Shown here piece after piece: positions 38,567-50,436 of a stretch of 64,000 nt of DNA. How positions within the stretch are numbered: the stretch's first letter is position 1; the number at the start of each line of letters is the position of its first letter. Origin of the DNA: Amphiscolops sp. MND2022 (lineage: Eukaryota); contig OZ076409.1 of assembly GCA_964187785.1 (NCBI GenBank), positions 97,032,001 to 97,096,000 of the forward strand, written 5' to 3'. The notes below the pieces were generated by a model. The model ran no database searches, was not told where the DNA came from, and saw only the letters and a list, made by a program, of their open reading frames with translations. The translations under genes and the position numbers were made by a program.

Positions 38567-39451
38567 GTGTCCAGTTTAATTCCAGCAAATGAATTTTCCA
38601 GAGACGAAAACAGAAACCTATCAAGAGCCTAAAATATATTTCAATTTCGCCTGCAAATTAATTGAAATGCATGGCTCATGTTGGTACCGTAGCTACAAAA
38701 AGTGATGATTTAGACCCCAGAGGATGTTTAGGTCAAAAGTATCTGTCATTTTGCTAGAGGTGTGAAGTTCAATGTGAAAAAATTTTGCCAATTCGATCGA
38801 TTGACAATCTGAATGCGATTTTCAAAGCAGCTTGCAGACATTTATTGGAAATTCAATTTCTCCTTGAAAGTTTTCTTCAGTAACGAAATTTCAAAAATGA
38901 ATTTGTTTTGAAACACTTTTCATTAAATTCTCAATTGAAGCAAATTTTTCGAAAGTGAAAGTTCGAAGGTTTTTTATATGGTCGTCTTTTCAACATCACA
39001 GAGGAGTTAAATTTGTACAGATCGAAAGTCCCTTTTTTGAAAATGGTCAGTTTGAATTCTCTTTCTATCAGAAAAATCAATTAGATAAAATTCAAACTTG
39101 GATTCGAGGTACATTTTGATGTTTTGTTCACTCATTTTTGTTGCTTCTATCTAAGAAGAAAAGGTTTCGACATAGTCGAGATTGCTTGAACTTTTGACCC
39201 TCCGATTGGAAACTAAAAAATGAAACATGCAAAGTAAAATGCAGGCTGCTTAGTTCACTAAATTCCTGCAAAATATCGCAGTTGGGAATTACAGCCAAAT
39301 TTCAGCTGCATCTTATAGGCAGCTGCCTATGAAATTAAATTGAATCAGTGAAACTCCAAATGCATGGAAGTTTCCTTGAGAGCTTTATAGAATCATTTAA
39401 AATTAGCTTGGTAACCTACAAAAACTTGTAAAAAGTTCAAACAATTTCAAC

Positions 39452-40330
39452 CAGGGTGTGCACCATTTTTACGGATTACCCGAGATCATATTTTGCTGAG
39501 GTCAATATGTTCATTCGTAAAGGTACTAATTTCAAAGACTTTCTATTGAAAAAGTTTCAAAATTCCTAAAGACTCGATAAATTTTTAAAAACGAATGATT
39601 CGAACAAAATTTCGAGTTAAAATTGAAAGTTTGTTTGTTTAGATGCATAGAAATAACAAAAGAAAGTAAATATATAAATATATACCTTGGTTTCAAAAAG
39701 TGGTCGTTGAAAAAAAATAAATTTTTCTAAGCATTGAGTAAACAAATTAATATAAGAAAGATAAGTCTGTTGCGTCTTTGCCTTGGCTATTCAGTCCCTG
39801 TCCATTTCTCTAAAATGTTTCCCTCGTTTTCACGACAATGGTCCAAACGCGTCGGGATAGAACTCATCAATTTTTCAACACGCCGCCGAAAGTACAAGTT
39901 GGGATTCAAGAACATCCTGAATGAGTTCGTCTTTTTTTTCGGATTTTTCTTCACCTCAAAAGATTTAGGAATCGTCCACGCATTTTCTACTGGATTATTG
40001 TCTGGAGAATTGGGGGGCCTCTGTCGAAAATGTACCGAATTTTTGGCAAAAAAATCTTTTGTTTGCCGGGAAGTATGGGGTGTGGTGCCGTCTTGCTCTA
40101 GGATCCAGCCATCGGGAAATGAAGGTGTGGCGTAAGGAATAAAGTCGCCAATAGTTTCACAGTACTTGGCACCAACAATTGTACTTCTTTCGATGATTTT
40201 CATGTAAAAACCTTTACTCGATATAGCTCATCAGACCACAATTTTCGGTGAAAACTTCGGGAAACCTTGTAGCGCCTTTTTTCGGTAAAAACTCCAGAAC
40301 AGCTCGTCGAATTGCTGCCATGAGAATCAA
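39452..40330 (-). pseudogene. Tc1-like DD34E transposase remnant
   Basis: ORF 39787-40203: QDGTTPH..PPNSPDNNPVENAW with 34 residues between D and E; possible single TIR CAGGGTGTGCACCA at 39452; no partner TIR seen. Confidence 0.8.
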
Positions 40331-41344
40331 TTGTGCAGCAACCCAAATGCTATTTCAATAATGGTATCACGTCAATCATGTTTCACATCATGTAAAATAA
40401 GTTGCAAATAGGTCGTTTGATAAGATATATTGACGAAATTAGACGACACGGGGCATCTTTCCAACAACTTCTGTAAAAATAACGACATTTTTTGGACCTA
40501 AAACAATGAATAGTTTCCCCAATGCATCACAAAAAATTACTTCATTCCCTATTTTTAGAAAAAGTGTATGAAAGAAATAGTAGACGTTTTTCAAAATATA
40601 TATGAATACCAAAACTAAAACTCGAAATCGAATGAGCATCCCAGAATTTTTATTGGTCGTTAAGTGAAAACAATTCAGCTCCGATATACACTGGTTTCAC
40701 GTTGCGCCTTGAGTACCCAAATAAGAGCTTGGCGCTGCTAAATAAATGTTCACAGATTATTGCTTTCCACTTGTGTTGGCTCCAAAATTATCTTGAATAT
40801 TTTCAAGTATCTGAAATGAAATATTTCCCTAAACTCTTCCTGAAAAAAAAGTAATTTTTATTTTCGTGATGAAAAAAAAAGAACTTATGATCATTAATTA
40901 TTTTTATTAAATATACTTTTTTCAGAACGCCTTTTTGGAATCATATCCAGCTTCATCCACTTTTATTCGGTGAAGAGAGATTCATAGTTTGATGTTTCAC
41001 TGTTCAATAAAAACTTTAACTGGTTTTATTTTATGGGCAGAGACAAGAAGAATTTTAAGACTCATACTCTGTCCAATTTAATTGCCTTTCTAATTTTCTA
41101 CTTATTACCAAACATGAGTTAATTAATGAGCTTCAATTAAATCAACCTTAATAAATAAATTAGGTTTCAATTAATTAATATTCAATTAATTTAATTAATC
41201 TCTCGTTCTCTCTTCGGCTTTTTTTCCCTTTTCCCCCACACTTTTTAATCAAAACAAACTCAACATAAAGGATTATATTTGACTATGTCATTCAATATTT
41301 CTTCAAATATTTAGTCTAATAGTCTTTTGTTTTGTTCTCACCAC

Positions 41345-41540
41345 ACGATTAGAGTAGTTTTCCGCTTGAACAAAACATTGTTCACACATTTTGACTAATT
41401 ATGTTCGTATTGAGTGTTTATTGATGACTCAAAACAGGAAGCTGTTGATTTCTTCATCAAAAATGCGTAACTACATAAGGAAAAAGTGTGAACAAAGTTT
41501 GTATCTGAATCCTAAACTATCACCGTGAGAATAAATTTAA
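41345..41540 (-). repeat. Internal fragment of MITE family M1
   Basis: Reverse complement of the 985-1165 segment (AACAAAGTTTGTATCTGAATCCTAAAC etc.). Confidence 0.7.
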
Positions 41541-41949
41541 AACTGAACTGTTTCATTGGAAACGCAATTGAGATATAATTAATTGCAAAAACATCATCTT
41601 GAAAAGTGTGGGGGAAAAAGAAAATGTTCCCTTTCTTCTTGATTCGTCCTATGCCATTTCAACTTGAGCAATTCCAAGGGTTGCCATTTCAACCATTGAC
41701 AATGTCAACCTATTGCATTTTCAACCTCCCGCAATTTCGATATTTTACCCAATTTTGGCTAATGACTCCTAATTCGGTTGAGTTAATATTTCAGTACAAT
41801 AGTTGGTAATGAATCAAACAGGTTTAATTATTAGTAATTATTGATGAAGATGCTAAAACGTATCAAAACTGGCGTAAAAAAGCACATTCGAACTTAGAAA
41901 TGTATGAAAATGAAAACCATCTAAACAAATTCTAACTAATTATGGTCCA

Positions 41950-42078
41950 CCAACTACAATACGCCCGCTAAGCACCGGGATATTTTCCGCCTTCTTAAAA
42001 AAGTTAGGTGAAGGCGGGATTCGAACCCACTACCTAATGCCTGAGAGGCGGATACACTAGCCACTGAGCCAAAGTAAC
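41950..42078 (-). mobile_element. tRNA-derived SINE head
   Basis: On the minus strand: A box TGGCTCAGTGG, B box GGTTCGAATCCC, then a T-run. Confidence 0.55.
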
Positions 42079-42185
42079 TAAATTAGGCTCTAACTGAAGT
42101 TGATGGAGATCGTGGAGATTTGGCAGAATTGGTTAAAAAAAGGCAACACAGATTATGATTTACTTTCCTGAAAGGTCTTGACACC

Positions 42186-42607
42186 GGCTCTTTTCTGTTC
42201 CCCCCACCACCAATTTTTTTGGAAATCAGTGAAAATATAACAACAAAAAACTTGAATACAAGTCAGAAACATTCAATTTTTAATTTATTTCCAATGTGAC
42301 AGTTTGGAATTGAGATACCAACTTTGTGCACACTATTTTTGCTCATGAAGTCACGCATTCTTGATAAAGAAATCAACAACTTCCTATTTTGAGTCATAAT
42401 AAAACAGTGAATATAATTATACATACGAACATAATTATAGTCAAAGTGTGTGAAAAATGTTTTGTTCAAACGAAAACTAATCTAATAGACGTTAACTTCC
42501 AGATATGAGAGAAAGTTTTACACTTAATTAGGCTGGTCTGAATTTTTCAAGGAATTTTACTTTTTAAAAAATTGGTGGTGGGGGGAACAGAAAAACGGAA
42601 AGGAGCC
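42186..42607. mobile_element. Merlin-like MITE, family M1
   Basis: Same TIRs and body as 884-1289; 8-bp TSD with one mismatch, TTGACACC / CTGACACC. Confidence 0.8.
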
Positions 42608-42628
42608 CTGACACCCTTTTTGTTGTAG

Positions 42629-42918
42629 GTGAGGCTCAACTTGAAAGCGGTGGCTGCTTCCACCAAGGAGAGTAGCTCCAGTCTCGAGGTGGTGGGGGGT
42701 GCCAAGTGTCTGAACGAAAGTGGGGGTGCGTCCATGATGACAGAGGGGGGAGACAAGACCCGTCAGGAGATGGAAAAATTCGAGCGCACCCGCAGAAACA
42801 GGAGTCTGAAGAAGCAGTGGCAGATCGCCATCAGTCTGTTCCTCGTCACCTTCGTCTTCATCGCCTGTTACATCCCCAGTGCCATCCTAGACCTCAACGC
42901 GTGGGGTCTCACTATCAG
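42629..42918 (+). CDS. Class A GPCR exon (ICL3 end, TM6, ECL3)
   Basis: Acceptor CTTTTTGTTGTAG, donor CAG|GTATGC; GC-rich; KKQWQIAISLFLVTFVFIACYIPSAI carries the TM6 FxxC(W/Y)xP motif. Confidence 0.85.
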
Positions 42919-43035
42919 GTATGCGGGATCGATTCCCTGTCATGTCAATATTTTATATTCTCCTTTTGTTCAAGCCTGAGTTTCATTCGGCGCTCTATGA
43001 AGCCAAATGTGGCTATCATAGTGGGTTTGTCGTGT

Positions 43036-43540
43036 TTTAGTCGGCGATTTTTTCAAAACGGTCCCGAAACAAAATTTGGTGCCGAAAGTCAAATCATTCA
43101 GAAGGTCCGTCTTTTTGTACATCTTGGGTTGTCACGTTCGGTTTTACCATGCTTTTTTTCGAATTTAAAGCTGTTTTTTGTTGGATCCTCTGAGGCACTG
43201 TGCGATTTTTTACTGTGGGATACTCAAAAGAGTCCCCTCTTTGGTCTTTTGATGTTAATTGTTTAAAACAATTCAAGTCCAAAGAGTCCTCTTTTGTTTT
43301 TTTGCCACTGTGGACTTTTTTGGAAAATTTTTCACTGTTTCCGTGTTTTTCTGACCTCAGTGAGAAAAAAATCATTTTCAGCGCAAGGATTTTTCGGCAT
43401 TGTGAGACTTCAGAATTTTCATTAAAACAGCCATTCAACATTTTTGAAAGTCACAGAAAAGCCTTTTCAAGTCCCAAGAGATTCCTCGCGCGTTTTGAGC
43501 CTTAAGCGGGGAGCCGAACTATGCCGTACCCGGTTCGTTT
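43036..43540 (+). mobile_element. Helentron/DINE-like element, family A (diverged)
   Basis: Starts TTTAGTCGGCG, ends TTTTGAGCCTTAAG..GCCG-TACC-CGGTT. Confidence 0.45.
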
Positions 43541-44053
43541 GTCTAATGATTACGATGACATTTTTTTCTCGTCAGACTATAGCCACAAAATGTATCCTGA
43601 AGAACCGCTTTTCACATATATTGTTTCGATTACCAGAAAACTCAACACGAGAAAATTCAACACTAAAAAATTCAATACAGAAAATTCAAATCGGAAATTC
43701 AACCCAAGTATGTCAACATTCTCAGTGAATTCTCGTATAACTTATTCATTTCACTTTCCACCAAGGTTCTGCATAATAGCTGTAAAAAGAATTTGCAGTT
43801 ATTGCGAATTAATTTAGAACCTCAATGAAATACATAGTAGTAACGCTTGGAAGATTTATTGAATGTTAACATAAAAACCATATATTAACTCAAGTGTGTC
43901 CACAGAAAACAACATGTGCAGCTAGAGTTCAGTCGCGTTCGTTTGCAGGCGCTCGCTTTATTGTTGACAGTATTACGTAATAGCATTCAATTTAATACAT
44001 TGCAGAGCTTCATCCTTTGAATTTATCTTGAAATTGACATCTCAATCTTTGAA

Positions 44054-44851
44054 ATGGAGTTATCGGATTCCGAAATGAAACAACTTGTACTCAAATTATC
44101 AGGAAAAATTGAGCAGCTTGAAGCAAAAGTTACTCGCCAAGAATCCCAGATTGTTACTTTGACAAATGAACTTACGGATCTCAAAGAAAGGGTATCGGCG
44201 CAAGAGAGATATACCAGCAAAGACTGTATCATATTCTACAACTTCCCGATAGATGCTGCTTCAGATGATTTGGATATCGACATGTGCAGGGCCATCAAAC
44301 ATCACTTCAATTATGAGCTGTCTCCAGGTGATCTGAAAGCCTGTCATCCTCTCAGAAGGCCCCAAAACACAGGTTTGAGCGTTCCAATAATAATAAAATT
44401 CATCTACTTCCGGGACAAAAACGAAATCTATGCCAGAAGGAAAATGCTCGCTGGTTTTCAGTTCAAAGGTAAAAATCTTTTCATTACTGAACGACTTCCT
44501 GCAGCTGCACTTGAAGTCAAAAAAGCATGTGAAGAAGAAAATTTAGTAACTACAACACACAATTGCGAGGTCAAAGTTTTTCTGAAGGACCCTAAAGGAA
44601 TGGTTTATAGTCAAAAAGTGGGTTCAACTCTCGCAGTGAAGCAGTTAAAGGACAAAGCCATTAAACGGTCCCCCAGAACGAATGACAAAGTCAGTATGCA
44701 GCGAAAAGACAATAAACGCAATTTAGAGGACGTTGAGAACGCAGAGACTAACAATATGAGTACACATGAGGCTACGCCTATTATGAAGAAGCTCAACAAT
44801 AACAATTCGCCAACACTGGAGGCACTGGGCGGCGCTAATGCATGCGAATGA
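44054..44851 (+). CDS. LINE ORF1 protein (coiled coil + RRM-like domain)
   Basis: 265 aa; heptad N-terminus, IIFYNFP, KACHPL, PIIIKF, LFITERL motifs typical of LINE ORF1. Confidence 0.85.
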   Translation: MELSDSEMKQLVLKLSGKIEQLEAKVTRQESQIVTLTNELTDLKERVSAQERYTSKDCIIFYNFPIDAASDDLDIDMCRAIKHHFNYELSPGDLKACHPLRRPQNTGLSVPIIIKFIYFRDKNEIYARRKMLAGFQFKGKNLFITERLPAAALEVKKACEEENLVTTTHNCEVKVFLKDPKGMVYSQKVGSTLAVKQLKDKAIKRSPRTNDKVSMQRKDNKRNLEDVENAETNNMSTHEATPIMKKLNNNNSPTLEALGGANACE

Positions 44852-47709
44852 AAGTGGAAACTCCAAATTTGATTAAAAACTTTGATGTTGATCAATCATT
44901 AGCACATTCTAGGTTATTAACGCTACTAGGCTTAAACATTAGGTCCTTGGGATTCCATCATGACGAGTTAAACATATTACTAAATACTTTTGAGCATAAA
45001 CCGGTTGTTCTGGCACTAACAGAAACATGGATAGCTGAAAATGACCCCCTTGATGAATACGACATCTTAGGATATCAACCAATTGAATCTACCCCCAGGC
45101 TGAACTGCAAGAGAAGATCAGGCGGTGTTGCATTTTACGTCCAAGATGGCTATTATTTCAAGCCCATCGGCTTCAATACAGAAATTGAATGTTCTATCAT
45201 AGAAATTAGGCTAGACGATAACAACACCAAAAATGTTTGTGTCATCTACCGACCGGATACATTTCGAGTGAACAAGTTTTTGGATCATTTCGAGAAACTA
45301 CTACATTTTCTCAGCTCACTCAGGTCAGAAACGGTTATTTTCGGTGATTTCAATATCGATACACTCATAGACGACACTGAGAGTAGAAAGTACATAAATC
45401 TACTGAAGGCATTTGGTTTTGAAATTCAAAATAATTTACCTACAAGGATAACAATCAACTCCAAAAGCTGCATTGATCATATAATTACCCAAAAAAATAT
45501 ACAGACCGACACCATCAAAACTACCATAAGTGATCATTTCACAGTTATGGCTGATCTCGGTATCAAAACAGAGTCCTATAGTAATACAAATAGTTACACT
45601 TCCCGAAATTTGAGAAACCTAAAGAATGAAAATGCAATAAAATTTCTTTTCTTCTTGAATCATGAGTTAGGTAAAATGAACAAAGCTGCTCCAATTGATG
45701 ATAAAGTTGAATATCTTGCTAAAACAATCATGAGATGTGTTGATAAATATGCACCCGAGAGAAAAATGAATAAATTAACGCCAAAACAATCATGGATAAC
45801 AAACGAAATAAAAAATCTAATCACAAAACGAGACGCACTGTTCCAAAAATGGATACTTAGTCCGACAGAAGAAAACCATATAGCGTACAAAACTATACGC
45901 AACAAAGTTACTCACATTATACGGACAGAAAAAAAGCAAGCTAATTTCGACGCACTTGGTCAAAATCCTAGTCCCAAGAAAATATATGCAACGCTCAAAT
46001 CTAAAAAACGACAGAGTGAGATGAGTAAATTTGCACCGGATGCGGATGCAATCAATGAATATTTCGCCCAGATTGGATCTGTTCTCGCTGCGGAAATTAA
46101 ACCTATTGATAACAAAATTAAGATTAACAGAGTGAAAGACACAATGGTTACAACTGCAACAAACTTACAAGAAATTGCGAGAATTCTGAAGCACCTAAAA
46201 AACAAAAAAAGTAGTGGTCATGATGGAATCTCAAATGAAATTCTCAAGTGTTGCTCACCAGTCATAGAACCAATTCTTGCAGAAATTTTCAATGAGATGA
46301 TTGAATTTTCGATATACCCAGATTGGATGAAATTAGCAAAAATTACTCCCCTGTATAAAAAAGGTGATAGAAACCTCCCAGAGAACTACCGCCCCATCAG
46401 TTTGATAAGTTCCCTAAGTAAGGTTTTTGAAAAACTTCTATTGAAACGAATGATGTCTTTTTGCTCAAAGCATAAAATTCTCACATCAGCCCAGTTTGGG
46501 TTTCGACCAAAGATGTCATGTGTACAAGCTATCATCAGAGTAACAGAATGTCTACGGGAGCAAATTGACAAAAAAATGACTGGACAAGCATGCTTCATTG
46601 ACCTCAAAAAAGCTTTCGATACTTTAAATCACGAAATTTTATTAAACAAGTTGGAAAATTACGGTTTTAGAGGAAAAATTAACGAAATTTTAGGAAGTTT
46701 TTTGAGAGATCGAAAGCAATATGTCAGATTGAATGAAATCGAAACTGACAAACTAACTGTCCAAACAGGTGTACCACAAGGATCTGTTCTGGGACCGTTT
46801 CTTTTCCTTATATACATCAATGACCTTCCTGATTCATGTGAGAAGGCAGAAGTAGCAATGTTTGCTGACGATACGACTCTAATTAAATCAGGAAAAAGAG
46901 TTGATCCTCTTCTTAGCCAAGAAATTAATTGCGTACGGGATTGGTTCTCATCAAATAAATTGACAGTTAACCCTGAAAAATGTGAAGCAATGTGTTTTGG
47001 TTATGGGAAACCGGACACAATTAAAATCGGGGTCTCCGAATTGAATTATAAAGCATCCTGTAGGTATCTGGGAGTTCACTTGGATAAAAAACTCCTTTTC
47101 CGAGAGCACATAGATTATGTTGTAAAAAAACTAAATAAGTTCTGTGGTCTTATATACAGAGTCCGTCACTTTTATCCACGGAAATGTCTTTTAATGTTTC
47201 ATAACTCTTTTGCTAAATCAGTTATCTGCTATGGTCTACTGGTTTATGGTAGTGCAGCGAAAACAAATTTACAAAAAATTGAATGTGCACAGAGGCGAAT
47301 ATTGAGAGCAATTTTTTTCAAAAAGAAGTTTGATTCAATGGTCAATGTATTAGCAGACAACAAAATTCTCAACGTTTTTGAACTTTTCATGGTGGAAGTA
47401 ATTCAAGAGTTGTTCAAGCAAATTCGAAAGGAATCATCTTTGGAACTGTCTCTAACTTTTACTACAGGCAAATCAATAAGCACTAGGAGGGCGGGTAAAG
47501 GATTTTTGGATGTACCTTGTAGCCGAACAATAGTGAAGCGAAAATCGTTGTCAAATACTATGATAAGAGCTTATAATTGGTTGCTGGATTTTGATTTAAT
47601 TCCAGAGAACTTAGGAGATTTAACCAAAAACCAAATCAAAATGTATATCAAGGACATTTTGTCAGTCTACATCATGAACAATAGAGGTTTGATGGAAATA
47701 TTTTACTAA
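44842..47709 (+). CDS. LINE ORF2: APE endonuclease + reverse transcriptase
   Basis: 955 aa; LTETW, GGVAFY, GDFN, CIDH, SDH; NYRPISL, QFGFR, DLKKAFD, GVPQGSVLGP, FADD, YLG. Confidence 0.96.
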   Translation: MRMKVETPNLIKNFDVDQSLAHSRLLTLLGLNIRSLGFHHDELNILLNTFEHKPVVLALTETWIAENDPLDEYDILGYQPIESTPRLNCKRRSGGVAFYVQDGYYFKPIGFNTEIECSIIEIRLDDNNTKNVCVIYRPDTFRVNKFLDHFEKLLHFLSSLRSETVIFGDFNIDTLIDDTESRKYINLLKAFGFEIQNNLPTRITINSKSCIDHIITQKNIQTDTIKTTISDHFTVMADLGIKTESYSNTNSYTSRNLRNLKNENAIKFLFFLNHELGKMNKAAPIDDKVEYLAKTIMRCVDKYAPERKMNKLTPKQSWITNEIKNLITKRDALFQKWILSPTEENHIAYKTIRNKVTHIIRTEKKQANFDALGQNPSPKKIYATLKSKKRQSEMSKFAPDADAINEYFAQIGSVLAAEIKPIDNKIKINRVKDTMVTTATNLQEIARILKHLKNKKSSGHDGISNEILKCCSPVIEPILAEIFNEMIEFSIYPDWMKLAKITPLYKKGDRNLPENYRPISLISSLSKVFEKLLLKRMMSFCSKHKILTSAQFGFRPKMSCVQAIIRVTECLREQIDKKMTGQACFIDLKKAFDTLNHEILLNKLENYGFRGKINEILGSFLRDRKQYVRLNEIETDKLTVQTGVPQGSVLGPFLFLIYINDLPDSCEKAEVAMFADDTTLIKSGKRVDPLLSQEINCVRDWFSSNKLTVNPEKCEAMCFGYGKPDTIKIGVSELNYKASCRYLGVHLDKKLLFREHIDYVVKKLNKFCGLIYRVRHFYPRKCLLMFHNSFAKSVICYGLLVYGSAAKTNLQKIECAQRRILRAIFFKKKFDSMVNVLADNKILNVFELFMVEVIQELFKQIRKESSLELSLTFTTGKSISTRRAGKGFLDVPCSRTIVKRKSLSNTMIRAYNWLLDFDLIPENLGDLTKNQIKMYIKDILSVYIMNNRGLMEIFY

Positions 47710-50436
47710 AAGTGTTTTAGCAATACTTAATATTTAATTGTGCTGAGATTGATCAAATGGGCACAAACTTGAAGAGCACTGATGCTCATTTTGTGTCCAC
47801 ATTGGATTTTCTATACCTTTATGAATACTTTAATGTATGTCATGTATATTAATCCAATGAAATTCAATGTTTCAATGTTTCAGTGTGAACCCAGCGACCT
47901 AAGACACGCTACGCTTGCCATGATCATGGTTAATCTTGCTAAATCATGGTTAACCATGGTGCCCTTGTCAAGATCATGGCTAATCATGATACATGGAACG
48001 CTTGTCAAGATCATGGCAAGATAACCATGGTAAGACATGTGAGCTGTTTTTAATTGTATAATTTACTCTTTTCATAAACATTTCTGGTCGTCTTCAATTT
48101 TTGAAAAAGCCGTTGTGATAACTTCGGACATAACTTTTATTTTTCGAAAAAAGTTTTTTAAAACTGAAAAGTATACAACACTTCTCAATAATTTGCTTCA
48201 CCTATTGACCGAGTTTTGTTATTTGAGAGCACGGCATTGGTAATTGTACTGACCTACATTAATAACCAATAGTATTTAGATGCTTATAGAATGTTCTAGA
48301 ATGTACATTTATTTGTTATTGAATGATTGTAAATCTCTACTCCTTCAGAGAGAGAAAACTAATAATCAGTATTCAGTTGACTTCCTTTTTGTTCTACTCC
48401 TAACACCTCGGAATAGTTGTAATAAAGTAAGCTAGCTAGCCTGTCTCTCAGCCGCTTTTAGTAGTTGCGTATAAGACCATCAAAAACAATAACCAACCAT
48501 TAAAAGCAGCACAATTTGGTGCGACTTGTAAAATTTTTCTTTTGCCTTTTCTCCTGGATGATTTCTCTTCTCTCAACAATCATACAAATACCACTCTCCA
48601 TATTTGAAATTCTCTGGAATTGCAGTGAAATCTTTCTAGAATTTCTTGAAAGTTTGGTCTGTGACTAAATTTCATTAACAAATACATCATCGTTCGAAAC
48701 ACAATTTCTCCACTACAACAATCAACTTTAATATAACAAATTTTCTTCAATACCGGTTTATCACGTTTTCTAACACGTTGACACGGTTCTTCTTCCTGTT
48801 CTTCTAGCCATACCGGTTTATCACGTTTTCCAATACGTTGAAACGGTTTCATTTCAGACTGATTTATCCATTGTGACACAGTTCTGTTTTTCTTCTTTTT
48901 CCAGACTGATTTATCCAAAGTGACACAGTTCTGTCCTCCATACTGATTTATCACAGCTAATCCGGAAGCTTGTTGAAACAGTTCTCTGATGTTTGTCTGG
49001 TTTATCAAGGTTTTCTAACACCTTTGATACAGCAACATTTGTCTGGTTTATCAAGGTTTTCTAACACCTTTGACACAGCAACTTTCTTCAATCCTGCTAT
49101 CTTGAACGTCAGGTGGACTCCTGGTGTAATAGTTGACTGAGTGCATGTCCAACTCCGCTCACCTATAAGCACATACGTCTCAAGATCAACTTCGTGTTGG
49201 CAGAAAACCTGGATTTTCTACTTTTACGTTTCGGATCCCCTTTCTACAAAATTTCCTACAAAAAAATTTCAGAAATAGACTCTGAAAACAAAAAAAAGGC
49301 AACCAAGACTAACTATCAAAAACAACCACGCATTATTCCCTTTCTTTCCCTATTGTCGACAAACAATACAAATAAATTCACAAAACTTAAATAATACACA
49401 TAACTTCAAAAATGTTTTCAACAACCAACAAAATGAACAATAACAAATAAACTCAAACTTACCTCAAGTACTTCCAATAATAATAATTTTAACATAATCC
49501 TACAAAACAATTATTTTAACAAAATACAACATACAATTTCAACAACTCTTTTGCTTTAAAACTTGAAATAAGGCATGTAAATAACACAAACAAAGTAAAG
49601 TTAGTTTTCTACTTTCAGGCACCCACAATTCCTATCCCCTCCCGTAAGACTTAGCCAATCAGATAGCCTCACCAGCGTACTCTGATTCTAAGACTGACTA
49701 AAAACCTTAGTTAAGTGTAAACGTTTTTAAGGAGAATCGAGAAGACACCGAACTACGTTCGAATCTTCAAAATTCTCAAGAAGTAAAAAAAAAGTAAAAG
49801 AAACAAAGATCAAATTTTGATCTTGATCAGTATTGATCAGACTTTAGATAGTGGACGTTGATTGTTCAGAGTTCCACTCCTTTAGTCTTAAAACACACAA
49901 CCCACTTAAAATTAAAACAACCTTAGTTTTTCTGGACGTGTCAGTAACCTTATGTTAGACACCTTAAAGTGATCCAGAATTAAAATAACATTTAGTTTCT
50001 GATAGCAATCCTTTGCGGTTGAATACAGATCCTACTGCACCCGCTTATTTCTTCTCTATCCCAAAAAATTAACTTCTCAAATAACTTCAAATTACAATAC
50101 AACTTATATGAACCCAAACCAAGAAATTTATCCTTTCAACTTTTACATTCCACCAATTAGCTCACTTCAAAACCCTACACCAAACGATTTTGAAAGATTA
50201 ATTGAACGATATCAACGATATTTCTTCTTTATCATAAATCAACAAAGAAATTACCCAAGAGCTCGAACTTAGAAAATCTTTATACAAGATATTCCAACGT
50301 TATAACCTTCACATTACAACATGTGGGAAAAGGTTACCACAGTAGTACTCATTACAACATACACGTTTTGTGTCTTATTTATAGTTTGTGTTCTTCTTGA
50401 AAAAATACTTACAGTGATAAGAGATAAACTTTAAAA

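Larger units (their letters stand above)
43925..47886 (+). mobile_element. Intact CR1/L2-group (Crack/Daphne-like) LINE
   Basis: Two uninterrupted ORFs, short 3' UTR ending in TTCAATGT-type repeats; ends approximate, no TSD found. Confidence 0.88.

Noticed and set aside
48580..49008. Antisense 142-aa gene in the env-element leader
   Set aside because: Largely a translation of local direct repeats; no motif support
50108..50272. 54-aa upstream ORF before gag
   Set aside because: Too short to support without conservation data
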